A stretch of DNA of 51,277 nt, the filler included, from Porpidia crustulata (lineage: Eukaryota), in NCBI GenBank assembly GCA_964255105.1. It is 3 parts of 3 records of this genome, joined end to end, with 100 filler letters (N's around TTAATTAATTAA, not from the genome) between each part and the next. Parts side by side here need not be neighbours in the genome. Positions count along the whole stretch, not along the records: positions 1 to 17,043 come from CAXUWE010000234.1; 2 more parts are not named here. One strand, given 5' to 3'. A program made the translations under genes and the position numbers. Numbering within the stretch: position 1 is the first letter of the stretch; each line of letters opens with the position of its first letter. Below are positions 1 through 14,313 of this stretch, piece after piece. The notes under the pieces are model-generated. The model did not search any database, was not told where the DNA came from, and saw nothing but the letters and a program-made list of their open reading frames with translations.

Positions 1-512
1 CACCCTCCACCCATCCCAAAGATCGAGGGTAGAGGAGATTCAAAGCTGTCGAATGACGCCATTTGAAGCAGCTAGAGTATCGAGTATCTAGGTAGTACCG
101 TAATAGGTTAGGTGTTTATTTACGTTAGGTAGCGTGGTATAGTAGCCTATATTGCCAAGTCGCGGTTATAAACGGTACTTAAGTAACGTCTCACACTATC
201 GCGCCTTTTCACTAATTCAGTGTCAACACATATCGCTCTATAAAAGACTCCAAAGTATAGTATATTGCTTGTCCTGTGTGTGGGTCAAATGTGCACTGGT
301 TGTGTTTGCTTGATAAACTTCGTAAATACAATCTGACGACTCTCTATCGATCCACCGACGATCCTAGCTATCGGCATATGAAAGTTTCCACGGTCGATGG
401 GTCATTACTTGATCTTGCAACATCAGCCTCAATCCCCTGAGACTCCTTCTGATTTACCTCAAACATCTCCCAGCGTTGTGCGACCCATTACCCGTTGACG
501 ACGTTACACTCT

Positions 513-1703
513 TTAGACGCTCGCATGATCTGCTCCGAACGACCCCAACGTCGTGCGACCATTGTCCCGGATCAGAGTCCGCATCCCAGTCATCGTGGCT
601 CCCGTCTGCACGCTAGGCAGCTTGGCCTCCGACTTCTTTCCCCACAATCGCTCACGAAAGGTGCCGCCGTTAGAGCGGCGAGGGGAAGCCTTCTTCCGAG
701 CTTGTTTGGTGTCGGAGACAACGAAGAGGGTCCGAAAGGCCGTCATGGACGCCATGATGACACTGATGCAGGCTTCGATTTCCACCCAGAACGACGCCCA
801 GGCCTGGTCATTGGTGCCGTAGATGCGGGCCGTAATGCCGCGCACCATACCGATGGCGATCATGAAAATGCTCAGGCAGAGCACGATACCAACACTGAGT
901 TTCTGACGCACCTTGAATTGCGTTTGCCAGAGAAGGGAGACCGGGATGGAGATAACTAAGGACCTTGATTTAGCCCTCGCTCAGGAAGGGGCCCGTATTT
1001 GCTTACGCAAAACATCGGTCAGTATGTCCGAGATGACCGAATAGTATAGGACAATGTGTTCTCTACGTAGAAATCGGGCTCCAGTAATGCAGTGTGCTAC
1101 CGAGGAATCAGTCCCAGATCTCAGTAATCCGAGCCATCGGTAGCCAAAATCGCTTACTCAAAAGTTCAGAACCAACATACGGACACACCAAGAAAGTCCC
1201 AAGAATCGAGGGAAACGTCACTAGAGTCAATATAACAAGACTGCACCACCACAACCTCGTCAATCTGCTGAGGCGCCTAACGAGATTGCGAAAGTAGAAG
1301 AGAAAGGAAAATTTGACGGCGTAGATGGTAATCCAGCACAGAACTTCACCTGTGCTGGCGTACGTAGAGTCGTGTATAGCTTCCTGAAGACTATCCGGCG
1401 GTGGTAAAGCGTGTCCTTGGATGACTTCGGCGAAAAGGTATAGGCTTGGTATCATTCTGAGAAAGAGGCCCGTGCTGCCAATCAAAGCAGCTGTTGCTAG
1501 GAATAGGAAGTAGTCGTCCACGTGAAGCTGTCCGAACACACGGATTCGAATGGCTGTTCGTGCAGTAGCAGCCAAGATTGCAACCCCGAAAAAGGCTCCT
1601 AGAGTGCCCTAGAGATATTGCATCAGTACGTAAATTGGCGAGCACAGCCGTCTTCTTTCCGTACTACATAATTGCTCTGGCTGATCAACTGCCCCGTTTC
1701 CAT
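513..1703 (-). CDS. Pth11-like (fungal rhodopsin-domain) integral membrane protein, 4 exons
   Basis: ATG at 1703 (METGQLISQSNYV, intron, GTLGAFFGVAILAATARTAIR). Motifs DDYFLFLA, WITIYAVKFSFLFYFRNL and FWVEIEACISVIMASM in ORFs 1108-1575 and 513-911. GT-AG introns at ~1157-1097 and ~1006-956. Confidence 0.85.
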
Positions 1704-2915
1704 GATTGATAAGAGGAGATCCAGCGATTCAACGTGCTCCTGAGTGGGGAAGGATTTCTAACAATTCTTTGAAAAGATATGGGAAGTAATGAGTAAGTGA
1801 TAAGAAAAATTGTCAGTTGAAAGCGGCGTTGCAAGGCGGCTCATCTTTCTTTATCAGGCTGCATCTTTCACCGACTTACTAGAGCATGAAAGTTCCGAAC
1901 CGCCCCAATACACAGTCATGGTAACAGGAGTCCATTGAATGAATGGAGCGGGAAAGTTAATGATGAAGTGAGAAGTAGGTATGTGGCGGTACTGGAAGGC
2001 AGAACACCAGTTGATGAGCATATTAAGGCGATTCGCCCCTTTTCTTGACGCATAAGAGCGAAAGAGTCCGACGAGTGATCAAGAAGTTATGATCAGATCT
2101 GAAACCATGATTGTAAAGGTTGCAGGCTTGTATCAAGCTTTTGGAGCAAAACCTTTGACGCCGCATGCATTTCAAGGTTGTTTCCATTGAATGACGGCGT
2201 GGCCAGACTTCTTCTGAGACGCTGGTTCGTGTGCTGCAGGACAGCTGTACATACGAGGAGTGACCATGCCGATTTTTTGATGGCTGGTAAATAGATGGTA
2301 GTACAAGGAGCAAGAGGCACAGCTTCTTGGATGACAGTGACCAGGATGATGTGTGAACCAGGCTGCCAGGCTAACCCAAGAAGCTTAGGTGGTACACACA
2401 GTAGCTCAGCCAACAGGCAGCCTTGTAGACTGCCTTTACGTATAGAGGCCCGAATCTTACCTTTCGAAAATTGAATCTGATAGTAGTGTGGTAGAATGAG
2501 TATCTACGTAGCGGGAGAATTCTGATGGTACCATCCCTCCGCTAATGGCGGCTATTTTTGATAATGTAACAACACCATGAATGCTTCAATTCTGTTAGTT
2601 CGTTGCTGACGTGACGTACTGACTCTGGAATGGAAACAATTGGGAAGTACACAGCCTTGCTCTCGTCGTCGCTCAAGTAGTTGCCGTGCTTCTGCATATG
2701 CAACTTGCGCAAAGAAGGCCAGGTATCATTGTTTTAGAGTCGAAGTTTCGCGAAAACATAGCCTCGTTTGCATAAGTATCTCCTGACCAAAGTTTCTCAA
2801 AGGTCCAAATCTCTTCTGATCATCAAGTATCTGTCATATCACTTCTTCGTATGCCTTAAAGCAAAACAATTCAGCATTTTCGTCCCAAATTTGTTACACG
2901 CGTTACATTGCACCC

Positions 2916-4215
2916 ATGCTATCATCACCGCTGCTCCATCCGGTAAGCCTTGTCATTTTCGAGATCTTCGCCAGCGCCCTTGCTATCGCATACGCATCCC
3001 CTACATCGCTCATTCGCCCGGCTTTGCTTCCCATTGTTGCCATTTGTACCTACTGCGTCATTACGACCTGCCTCGAAAAAATCCCGCGCATTTTTTGGGC
3101 ATCTCTGGTCGCAGGCAATGCTCCTACATACCTACTGCGATACCTTGATCTGGTTCTGCTGAGCCGGTGGAGCTTCGAGGCCGGTGGCCCCGCCGCACTC
3201 GCCTTGGACGAGGATGGGAGTAAGGAGTGCCGCGCTACTACTTGCGGCAGCAGCAATGACAGTCCACATTCTGTCAAGGCAACCTTGGCACCGCTACGTT
3301 TTGGGCTTCTTGCCACGCTCTCCTCTCGACAAGTAAATACTCCATTTCAGGTCAAGAACGTTCCACACTTCTCGGCCCATGACGCATACTTCGTACCTTC
3401 GCGAGCCGTCTTCCTATGTAGAAATACCCTTGCCATCTGTGTGTGTTATCTGATCGTTGATCTCAGCGTCATGGCCGCCGTGCCCGAACAGAATCTTATT
3501 CTATTCAGCCGGCAGAACATCCCGCTCTTGGCCCGCCACGATGAGTTTTCAATCAGCAAACTCGCCGTTAGGACATTCGCCTCGCTGGCCGTGTGGGTTA
3601 ACATATATTGTATTTTCAAGGTCGGTCATGGTATAATGAGTTTCATCGCAGTTGGCACGGGGCTTAGTGAAGTTGCGGCTTGGCCTCCTGCCTTTGGACC
3701 GCTGGCGGAGGCCTACACAGTGCGACGTTTCTGGGGGTAAACAGAACCATTCTATAATCTGACTGTGATACTAGCCAAGACTGACTCAATGCATTTATAT
3801 TTGTAGCATATTCTGGCACCAGATGTTCCGACAGCCCTTCTCCAGCGCCTCCGCTTTTGTCGTGCACGACATTCTCCAATTGCCAAGAAGCGGCGTCGTA
3901 CAACGCTACTCGAAAATATTTGTGGTCTTTTTTATTTCTGGCTTGCTCCATCTCCTCACTGACGTCGGCAGCGGAATTTCATTCCACGAGTCCGGGTCGC
4001 TACGTTTCTTTTGCACACANNNNNNNNNNTATAACTTTGGTAGCAGCAGACGCTTATCGCCGGAGCGCTGGACCAGGGCTATAGGGTTCCTATGGTTGAT
4101 GTGTTTTATGGTGTGGTCGACGCCAGTGTGGGCTTATCCCGCTATGCGCAGGGACCAAGGGGAGGAGAAAGATATTATACTACCCTTCAGTATTGTGAAG
4201 TCCATCATACGCTAA
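2916..4215 (+). CDS. MBOAT_2 / wax-synthase-like membrane-bound O-acyltransferase (TRI7-like family)
   Basis: Motif WPPAFGPLAEAYTVRRFWG, intron (~3737-3808), then FWHQMFRQ and VFFISGLLH (conserved His). Hydrophobic profile. A 10-N gap at 4020-4029 interrupts exon 2. Confidence 0.85.
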
Positions 4216-4881
4216 GAGTAATTTAGGGTAGGCAATTTGTTGTCGAAATATAAGGCTTGAGCATTGATGTTCGAGGAGGTGAAATTGAAAAGGTCTGGGA
4301 AAAGAATCTGCTACTCTAGTGTAGCGCCAACTTTCCCCCTAATTTAGAGTAATGGGCCATAAGGATACATTTCACGTACTTTCTCTCACTCATGAGTTGC
4401 TCTCCTTCTTGGCAGTAGGACTAAAGCAACTGTAACGAATCTTAGCAGTAGCTCAACTGATTGATGACCATGATGCTCCCGTCCTGTCCTCAAAACTTCC
4501 ATTAGATAGACCCTTATATACTCAATACGCTTTATTCACGATTCTCGCCGTAATCTACTCAAACTTTTCAAACCTCTCCAGCCGTAGCCAGTGACCGCTT
4601 CCTACTTACTGTGTTGAGCCCTAGACGTATCAAAGTATGGGTTCGATTGCCAAAGGTATCCAGCCAGCCAAATGTAGCCCACGCTGCCACATTATAAACA
4701 CCAGTAACGCCGATGTTTTATCCTTGACGTGAATTGTATATAGATGATCTAACACCAGAGTTGAAGTCACCACGAGAAAATCTATGCCGCCATCTAATGC
4801 AGATTTAGGCCTCTAGAAACAGGGGCTAGATCAGATCAGAAATGTATGCAAACAAGACAATTTTATTCAAAATATTCAACA

Positions 4882-6854
4882 TCATCGGTCCAGCTTTTTC
4901 TCTCGCCACCAGAAAACACCGAATGCTGCGGCAGCAAGCGCGCACGAACAGGACGCAAAGCCAGCCTGGACGGCCGCGCCATAACACTCTCGAACCACTA
5001 TCTGGATATCTGTTGGAAATTCTTCGATATACTCAATGCTTTGGCGAATTCTCTCCGCAACATGATTTGCTTCCTCGCCTTCGATGCGAATGTGAAGCTG
5101 CGAGTCCAGAACATGCTGGATAATGAGTCCACACAGGGATGCACCCACAGCTGAGCCGAGAGATCTGAAGAGAAAGGAACATGCGGTTGCGATTGCCTGA
5201 TCTTCAGGGGTGACATTAGATACTGTTGGTTATTAGTAATAGACTGAGAAGTGTGGGGTTGAACACCTACTTATTGCTATTAAGGATGCCGTCACAACCA
5301 TTCCTTGAGGTATGAAACTAATGACCGAGCCGACATAGATACCCGGCAAAGACTTCGTGCCCAGTCCGGCAGACCAGGCGATTGGTAAAGACCCTACTGT
5401 GCTGCAAACTGCAGCACATATACCAAGCCAGTAGAACCTCCCAGTTCTCTTAATAATGACGCCTCCCAAGAGTGTTCCCGAAACACCGGATATGGCAAGG
5501 GGTATCATACTAGCGCCAGCCTCGGCAGGTGTCATCTGCAAAACGATTTGGAGGAAGGAAGGGAGGTAGAATCCGAAAGCAGTAAACGCTGCGTAGCCAA
5601 AGAAATTGCATGCGTAGCATGCGAAGAGTGCTCCATTGAATATTATATGGCCCGGTGTAAATGGTTCGAGGGCAACTTTGGTCTCTACAATAAGAAAGGC
5701 GGCGAGCAACGGAAGTGTAGCGCAAGTGAAGCCAATAGCGAGAGGATTACTCCAAGATATATTGACACCACGATCGAGGCCAAACAAGAGAGCGAAGACC
5801 GTCAGAACCAGTAACAGGGCACCTAAGAAGTCGATACGTCGGAGTTGTTTTGTCCAGACTGCATCATCTGGACGCTTGGGTAGGTGGAGGGAAAATGCGA
5901 CGGCCAGAATTGCAACCAGGCACAGAGGGACTTGCGCGAGAAACGCCCTACAATCCACATATAAGAGAGGCCCTTCTAAATTCAGCAACTCAGACTTACC
6001 ATCTCCACGTTGTGTTCTGGACAATAATACCACCTATGAATTCATGAGTTAGTGTGTAGGTGGGAGCAATGTCTTAAGCAGGGTTTGGTACCAAGAGGCG
6101 CGCCAGACGTCGATCCCAAAGCACCGATCAAGTTTAGATAGCCTTGATATGTTCCTCTTTCTCTAAGTGAAATGAAGTCGGATAAGAGGACGGTCACGAC
6201 AATGAGCATACCGCCCGCTCCGATGCCCTGGATAACCTGCTTTGTTTAAGCACATAACACAATAAACGACCCTTTGAACTCACTCTAGCCGCTACCAGAG
6301 CGGTCATTGTCTTGGCTAGCCCACAGCCTAGACATCCAAGTCCGAACATGGTATAGGCGAATAGTAGGCATGGCTTTCGTCCGAAGATATCGCTGAGCTT
6401 GCCGTACAAAGGTTGAGAGCATGTCATGGACAAAAAATAACTGTCTAGACGTCAACTGATGCAAGTATTGGCCGGAGACATATCTCATACGCAGTCGCTA
6501 TCCATGAAACATTGCTTAGTGCGTTGAGGTCGCTGCCAATGTTCCCATTGATGGCAAATACGATTGATTGGTCCAAGAACGCTAGGAGAATCTATACTGG
6601 TGAGCTTCTCGATATTAGAATCTTCGTGCGTAGAGGGATCATACCCCAACTGCTAGCACTGGCAAGATATACTTGATGCTTCTTGCTATTCTCACAGCCT
6701 CTTCGTCCCTCTCGATGTCAGCTTCGCTACCTTCGATTGCCCCACGTGCTTCAGTGTCTGCTTCGGTGTCCGACGTTCCGTCAGCGACTTGCTGTCCTTC
6801 ATGGCGTTGCCCGAGTAGAGGAGATCGCTCTGTTGCGGCACGCTGGCTTGGCAT
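4882..6854 (-). CDS. MFS drug:H+ antiporter (DHA2 / Vba-like), multi-exon
   Basis: N-terminus MPSQRAATERSPLL (ExxPLL dileucine-like signal). Motifs FLDQSIV, QPLYGKLSDIFGRK and RRIDFLGALLL. C-terminal exon ends REKKLDR* at 4882. Confidence 0.88.
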
Positions 6855-8207
6855 GACTGTTCCCCCAAAATATGATAGCGGCAGACACAAGTGAGATAAC
6901 GACGCGACCAGACTGGAAATTTGTTATCTAGATAGCTAGGTATAAATATCACCTTTCACTTGACAATCGCGATACACCACATACGTTACTATCTATCTAT
7001 TGAGTGAAACATCCAACCAGCAATGAAGTTATGCGGCACACTCGATGTTAGACGGGAGCTTACACATCCCCTCGGTAAGTAAAATGTCAGCTTCGCCAAG
7101 CTGCATTTGGATGGAGAATACTGGCAGGCTGACAGGGTGTGCGTAAGAAATCCGCGATAGGCACATAAGATGTCGGCTAATTATCGTGCTGTGGTGATCA
7201 GTCCTACAGCCCACATGGCTTGCTTTCGCGAGTTCCGGGGTGCGTGGGACGGGGCGCACGGCTGAGCGATGCTGGTAGAGAGATGTATCGTTGATAGGAG
7301 GATGTATGGGAAGTTAGAGAGCATTTCGTGTTACTGCGCATAATTCTTACTAATGAGGCACAGTCATGCAGCGCATAGGTAGTTACACAGCATTTATCTA
7401 GACGCCATCCACCACACTCATCGAATTCAGATCTTTTTGGCTTGGAACAGTTCCTCCAGAGTAAACATTTCAACAACGGACATCTCGTCGAGCACCTCGT
7501 CAAGATGACAGAGATAGGGAATCTCGGAGAGCGTTCCTGATGACCGAATGGCGTTACTGGACGTGCCGCGTCGATCATCAAGTCTCTGTTTCAATATTCG
7601 ACTACTGCACGAGATCATCGAGCTAGATAGGTGGGAGACTCGACGGACAGCGAGTGTTAGGCTAGTAATGACTAGTGTAGTGGTGCTGGACTTGCTCGTT
7701 GCTTATTTGACAGCTCTAATTGCGTACCCATCTCTCAAGTACGACCTTTCAAATATCTAGTGACCAGCCAGAAGACGCTCAGTGCGAGCACCGCTTTCAT
7801 CGAGCAGTTCGCAAGGAGTCTTGGTCTCTCCAAGTTCTTGAATTATTTCCACACCAGCATTGCTACTTAAAACGACATCGTATCTGGGAACCAGACTTTA
7901 GCTCCCCCGGAGCTGACAGAATTCAGAATTCTGACCAGTCTAGCCACCAGCCACTAGTGACGCTTACTCGACATGGGCTTCCATCCCAAGTCGAATAAGT
8001 AGTGAAAGCGGTCTACACGGGAGGAAAGCTGATCCTGCAGTCCATACACGCCATTCTGCCTACACCCACACCGATCCCTTCAATTCTGCGGTATGTCGCT
8101 CCAATACTCCAGCATATAAGGTTTCGCGGGGCCTTTGTTATCATTCTTTCCTCACTGTTTGTCGCATTTCTGTACTTGCGCCTGATGAGAAATAACTCGC
8201 TTCAATT

Positions 8208-9409
8208 ATGTATGATACGGTCTCCATCGGCGGATTGCTCGTTCGTCCCAACACTCAAGTTGTAGACCACGGGAAAAAGAACTTCTACTAACGGTGGCTT
8301 AGGCGATTCTGTGGACTCTCACTTCTCTTGCAATTGTACTATCCATCGGCCGGTTTGCCATTCGATATGCCAACAGGAAACGACTCTTCTGGGATGATGC
8401 TTCCCATCTGCTTTCTTTGGTCTTTCTGATCGGTCTTGCCGCCACCTACACCAAAGGATTCCCGTACTCTCTTCGAATCGTGAGAATACAGACAAAGAAA
8501 GAGAAAGCGCCTCCACTCACTGATCCGTTCTACCATGACTACTTGCAGCTCAGAGTGGCAGTAACGCTTCTGGTCTTTCTTGTACTTTGGACTGTCAAGG
8601 CCACGTTTTTGATTTTTTATCGCATCCTGTTTGATGTGTCTACTACATTTATTCGTATGTGGTGGTTTGTCGTGGCCATCACTTTTGTGAGTTTCTGGGT
8701 TTGTATAGGCAGCACTCTCACCATCTGTGGATCTGCTAGCGACCTCTACAATTTTCGTAAGTAACTCATCTTGTGGATTTGACTGTTCTCGATGCTGACT
8801 TGGAAAGAGGAATGCTCTAAGCCAAGTACTCTGCACGCTATAAGGGCCACTTACAAATACTGGTGTGCCCTTAACGTGCTGACAGACCTTGCTGGTATGC
8901 CTAAACTTCCAACTTATTTACCGATATGAGGTTGATACATCGTAGTCATGGCCGTTCCAATGTATATGTTATGGGGCCTCCAGATGCGACGCGGCCAGAA
9001 AATCGGCATTGCTTGCGTATTCTGTCTTGGATTCGTAGTTGCCATATTCGACATCCTCCGTACCGTTGAGTCCCTTGTGTCAGGTACCTTCTCCGGTGTA
9101 GCATTGTGGTCAAGTATGGAGGTCTCCATTGCAGTCATCGTGTCCTCTCTTCCAACATACCGAACCTTGTTTGGCATCAAAACCAGGAAGGGCACGGTCA
9201 AATACATTAGCTGGGATCGATATCGACGGTTCGACAAACATAACAACCAGAAGCGCAGCGGCAGCTCCAGCGACGGCAACACTAATTCAAGCAAAGCTGC
9301 ATCAAATATGGACCCAGGAGCGCTTGAGTCACAAACTTCAGCACCCTCAAGAAATGGTTCATCGACTTTACCACCAATTCCACTTGCTCACTTCGGTGCT
9401 TCAAGCTGA
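8208..9409 (+). CDS. Second Pth11-like (fungal rhodopsin-domain) integral membrane protein
   Basis: In-frame WTLTSLAIVLSIGRFAIRY...LFWDDASH upstream of ORF 8417. Motifs LWTVKATFLIFYRILF, LWGLQMRRGQKIGI and WSSMEVSIAVIVSSLP. The start at 8208 with a short intron to 8302 is inferred. Confidence 0.83.
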
Positions 9410-11186
9410 CAACCGATTCTGTGTGGTTTCCGACGGGCGCAGAGCAACGGTACTGAGTCAGGATGACTACCTTACGCCAAGATTTCAGCAGACTGGCAGT
9501 AGGAAGAGATGAATCAGGACCCAGTACGCACTATAATTCTAATATTACAATAGGAGGCTCATCGCCAGGCAACAAACATCACAGTCCTTCATCAATATCT
9601 GATTTTTGGACTTTATGTCAAACGAGATTAACTACAAGAACTCTCTCAACCATCCTGTACAACTTCTCGGGAATACACAGCGGCTGCATTAGGATGTGAT
9701 AAATCGAGCACTAGATGCTCTCTCACCCTTGGAATCACTATTGAGACGAAACGCAAAATCGAAGCAAACTCACATTTTGCTTACGCCGGGAAGTAAGCAT
9801 TTCTACAGTTTGAAGGCTACCAATGTAGAGTTCTAGAGTACCATGGTCTTTAAAGGACGATTAGCCCTTGACCCTTAGTCACGAGACCCGATTAGGCGAT
9901 GAGCGAACTCATACCGAGGAGTGCTGGACAGGTTGACTTCGGAATATACAAGAGAACTCGATAGTCTTTCAGACAATTACGATGCGAGATATCGTCACTG
10001 TAGAGCTACTCCCATTCGATTCAGCAGACGCCAACTTTTAGCCAGCGGCTAGCTTTTCGAGGCTCTACTCTACGGCTGGAAAAGGACATCCCGCCATGGG
10101 AAATGGGTTGCTAAATGAAGGGGGAGAGGTCGAAGATAGAATGAGTTTTCATGCAGCTGTATATGTATGACCTTTTCACTGCTCAAACTTGAAGTTATTG
10201 CTATCGACGAGTTTGAATAACGTCCGAGGTGCTAGATTGTGCAGGCAGTTTCTTATGGTGTATCATTATTAAAGCCGCTTCTAAGTAAAACCGTTGTACA
10301 TTTAGATAGTTGCCGAGATACTCAAGTGGTGAATTAATTTTGACATTGATTCCAAAGGTCACATTCCTCCTAAAATGTAGGATATCCTAATCTTCGATTA
10401 CTCTCGATAGCAAAGAAGCTCTTGTATCCCACCAGCAACTCCCGTCACCAATGCTACTCGAATAGAACTCTTTCCCGGACAACAGCCTGCAGCATTACTG
10501 ACCCGGAGAGTCTGACTGATACAGTCTTCCAGGGTTACCAATTAGCCACGATGCACATTTGACAACCATCAGCCATGGGGTATCACCAGAAGTCAAACTT
10601 GAACACACTTTCCGCTCCAGCGCAAGACTGTTCCGGCCATCCAAGACAGAACGGAGGGGAGGATTCAAATTGGGGGTGGAAATTTTACAATTACCAAAAT
10701 GATGGAAATAACGGAAGTTTCAGTGCTGACAACATTTTCAATTCACTGATGCGTGTACATCCTCTTGGAAATGGCGATCAAGCGAATGGAAAGGTCTGAG
10801 AACGTTACGGAACGCAATAAATGCCCTCACCCCCTGTTGCGCGCGTAGCATTGTGCATACATGAACCATCATGAATATCAGTACATGATATTGTTGCAAT
10901 TACGGCAATGAAATAATTCCTCCTGACTTGGTGATATTCGCCACCGTCGGTCGCATTTTCAATGAGTCTCCAAGCATCGTCATTGCGCAGTTGTCGTCAT
11001 AGTTTGTGACATCACCGACCTTTGGCCCATTTGAAGATTCAATACTTCAATGATACACAACACTAGATGTAAATATGTAAATTCCATTGCCGGTTCCCTC
11101 CCAAGAGTAAATTTTCGAAGTCCATTTTTGACCACCTACCACATCAGCTCCAAATATCTTCAATTATAACCACAACTATACACAGA

Positions 11187-12117
11187 ATGCCTGATACAAA
11201 TAATCAAGATCTGCTAGTTAGTTCGCTTTTCGATGTCAAGGGCAAGGTCGCTCTCGTCACAGGTGGAGGTAACAACCCTACGTACTACATCCAAGACAAA
11301 AGCTCACAGCCACCCAGGGTCGGGAATCGGACTGATGGCCGTACAAGCTCTTGCTGTAAACGGAGCAAAGGTCTACATTGTCGGTCGTACCGAAGAAAAG
11401 CTGGAGACAGTGGTACAGACCCACGGGAAGGGTATTACCGGCGAAATAGTACCCCTTGTAGGCGATATCACCAACAAGAAAGATATCGCTCGATTAGTGA
11501 AGGAGATTGAGTCTCGCGAAAAGTGCCTTTGCATATTAATCAACAATGCTGGCATTCAGACCTCGACGCAAAAGCCTGAAGGTGAAACAGCAGAGGAATT
11601 CAAGAAGAACCTCTTTGAGCCAGACAACGCGAATTTTGATGATTGGGCTAGAACTTACCAAACCAACGTCGCTCAAATATACTTCATGACGACGGCATTC
11701 CTACCGCTACTGCAAAAGGCCTCGGACCATCAATATGGGTACTCGAGCACTGTCATCAACATCACCTCCATCTCCGGCATTGTTTTGAAATCGCAATCGC
11801 ACTTCTCGTATAACGCCAGCAAAGCTGCGGCCATTCACATTACAAAAATGCTAGCATCGGAAATATCCAACAGTGGGTTCAAAATCCGTATCAACTCGAT
11901 TGCCCCGGGCGTGTTCCCGAGTGAGATGACTGCTGGGGAGAGTAAAGACAATCAGAAGAGTGAGATACCGAAAGAGAAGTACGGGCATTTGCCATCAGGT
12001 CGGCCAGGGAATGATAGGGATTTGGCCAACGCAATTTTGTTTGCGGCCACAAATCAGTATCTAAACGGGCAGATTGTGCCCGTTGATGGTGGATATCTCC
12101 TGAAATTCGGCTCATGA
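11187..12117 (+). CDS. Short-chain dehydrogenase/reductase (SDR)
   Basis: Intron 11269-11317 joins VALVTGG to GSGIG (TGxxxGIG motif). Also NNAG, catalytic YNASK, INSIAPG and VDGG. Confidence 0.93.
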
Positions 12118-12816
12118 GGAAATGGAATATTTATGGGCATTGTTGAACATGAGAAGAGCTCGGACTGGAGACACATGGAATGTCAGTAATAAAGGCGTCC
12201 ATAAGGAAAATCAATATATGCAAAAACGTCATACGAAGTCAGCAGCAGTTCGGCTTATGATTGTATTTGGAGACTCGCAACGCGAAAGTAACAAGATTTT
12301 AGGTTTCTGAGACGCGTAGGGCGCTATTAATAGATCAATAACCCCGCCAAGTGCAACGTATCAATCAACTTAATGGCAGACACAAGATGACTTGTCCTTT
12401 GTAACCATAAGTGTCTCGTGTAGAGCACGAATGTCCGGCTATCTTCAATATGAAGAACTCTGACAGGACGAGGCTGATACGAGAGACTTTACTCTAGATC
12501 CCGTCGGCAAGCTTGCCGATCGTTAAGCTATGACGAGCTTACGAAGCTCGAACCTCTGCTGGGTGGCGAAGTTCAAAGGGAATCCTACTCTTTCATTATT
12601 AGTCTCTGCTCTTTCCACTGCCTGCATTGACTCCATGAAAGATATCTAGCAGTCTGCACATCTCATTCGTCCCTATACCGTCCCTACACCGTCCCTTCTT
12701 TTCATTGCACACTGTCGCTTCTGTATCTTGCTCAAGCTCTGGCTCCCTCTACCAATCGTGGATCACAATATCAGAAATCACCGTGAAAACACCTTCAATT
12801 CCTCTTCTTCGTCTCA

Positions 12817-13954
12817 ATGCTCTGCGTGCTATGGCTTCTGGCAATACCAATGGCATTTGGGGCTGTATTACAACCCCGGAACACTACCTATACGTGCAAC
12901 AATTCTCCAGATCTATGCAATAGATCCTACTCCAATGTGACTTATCTTGGCGCTCATGATAGTCCCTTTTTACGGAATAGCTCCAACGGCTTCACGGAAG
13001 CTGGAAATCAGTATGATGGCCTGTTGCCCAGACACAGAACGATTATCTGACTAGTCTAGAAATCTCAATAGCACTGCTCAACTCGCCGCTGGCGTTCGGC
13101 TACTTACAGCGCAAGTCCACAACATTAACGGGGAATGGCACTTATGTCACTCAAGCTGCAGCTTGCTGGACGCCGGTACATTGAGCAATTGGCTTGCGGA
13201 GATTAAGAGTTGGATGGACAAGAACCCGTACGAGGTGGTTACGATTCTTTTGGTAAACTCGGACAACGCACCAGCATCGGCTCTTGATATACAATTCAAA
13301 GCTGCCAACATTACCTCCTACGTTTACACGCCTCCCACTACTCAAGCCAATCTCCTAATATGGCCAACACTGCAAGACATGATTGTTAACAACACGCGTC
13401 TTGTCACGTTCATCGCACCTCTACCTTCCTCGCCAAGCACAACTGCCCCATATCTGCTCGACGAATTTACCTTCGTGTTCGAAAACAACTTCGCCGTCCA
13501 AAGTCTCTCGAATTTTACTTGCACCCCCGATAGGCCGCCGGTCGTAGCGGGCCTTACACAGACTGCTATCACGTCGGGTAGACTGCCTTTGATGAACCAT
13601 TTTCTCGATGTACAGCAGGCTTTTGGTCTTCAGACACCAGATTACGGAAACATCACAACGACAAACGCTCAAAGTGGACCTACTGGGAATCTTGGAGGGT
13701 CGGTAGCAAATTGCACGAGCATCTACGGCAAGGCTCCTACATACATCCTGGTGGACTTCTTTGATCAAGGCTCCGCTATCAACACCGTTGACACTATTAA
13801 CGGTATTATACCTACAGGCAGAGCAGGCGTGCCGAGCCCAGCAACTCAGGGTAGTACCTCAGGGGCTTTTGGGAAGAGTAAGGTACTCAACGGTGCCTTG
13901 ATGAAGTGTTCTTTGAGTCTTCTCTTCCTAGTTGGGTCAATGGCTCGAATATGA
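12817..13954 (+). CDS. Secreted, probably GPI-anchored PLC-like phosphodiesterase (PI-PLC X-like)
   Basis: Signal peptide; [25 protein letters not shown]; intron 13011-13059; [31 protein letters not shown]; hydrophobic C-terminal tail. Confidence 0.88.
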
Positions 13955-14313
13955 TGGCGTATTATTTGGAAAATGGATAAAAGAGAATACAGGAATTGCA
14001 TGAGCGGAATGTTCTGCATAGCATGGAATATGGGCCAGCGTGGAAAGGAAATTGTTGCATAGCCATGGGCGTTTTCAACTGGGATAAATGGCTGTGCGGT
14101 AGACAAGTGGACACAGATTCCAACAGACTTGATTGAATTAGACTGTCGTGTCTGAACCTCATTTGCGCTATTGAAGTGCACATCATCGTGATACTCGATA
14201 CACGTCATCCGTTCAGCATTTTGAAAGCCATGCTACGATCTTTAGTGTTGCTCTATTCTGATAGGTGACATGCAGCACAACGGTCCAATCGAGCAAGCAG
14301 GCTGTTATCTAGC

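Noticed and set aside
9840..10799. Short ORF 10575-10799 and coding-like fragments upstream
   Set aside because: No recognisable family and no coherent exon structure.
13940..13954. C-terminal ARI of the PLC-like protein as a PTS1
   Set aside because: The protein has an N-terminal signal peptide and the tail looks like a GPI-attachment signal.
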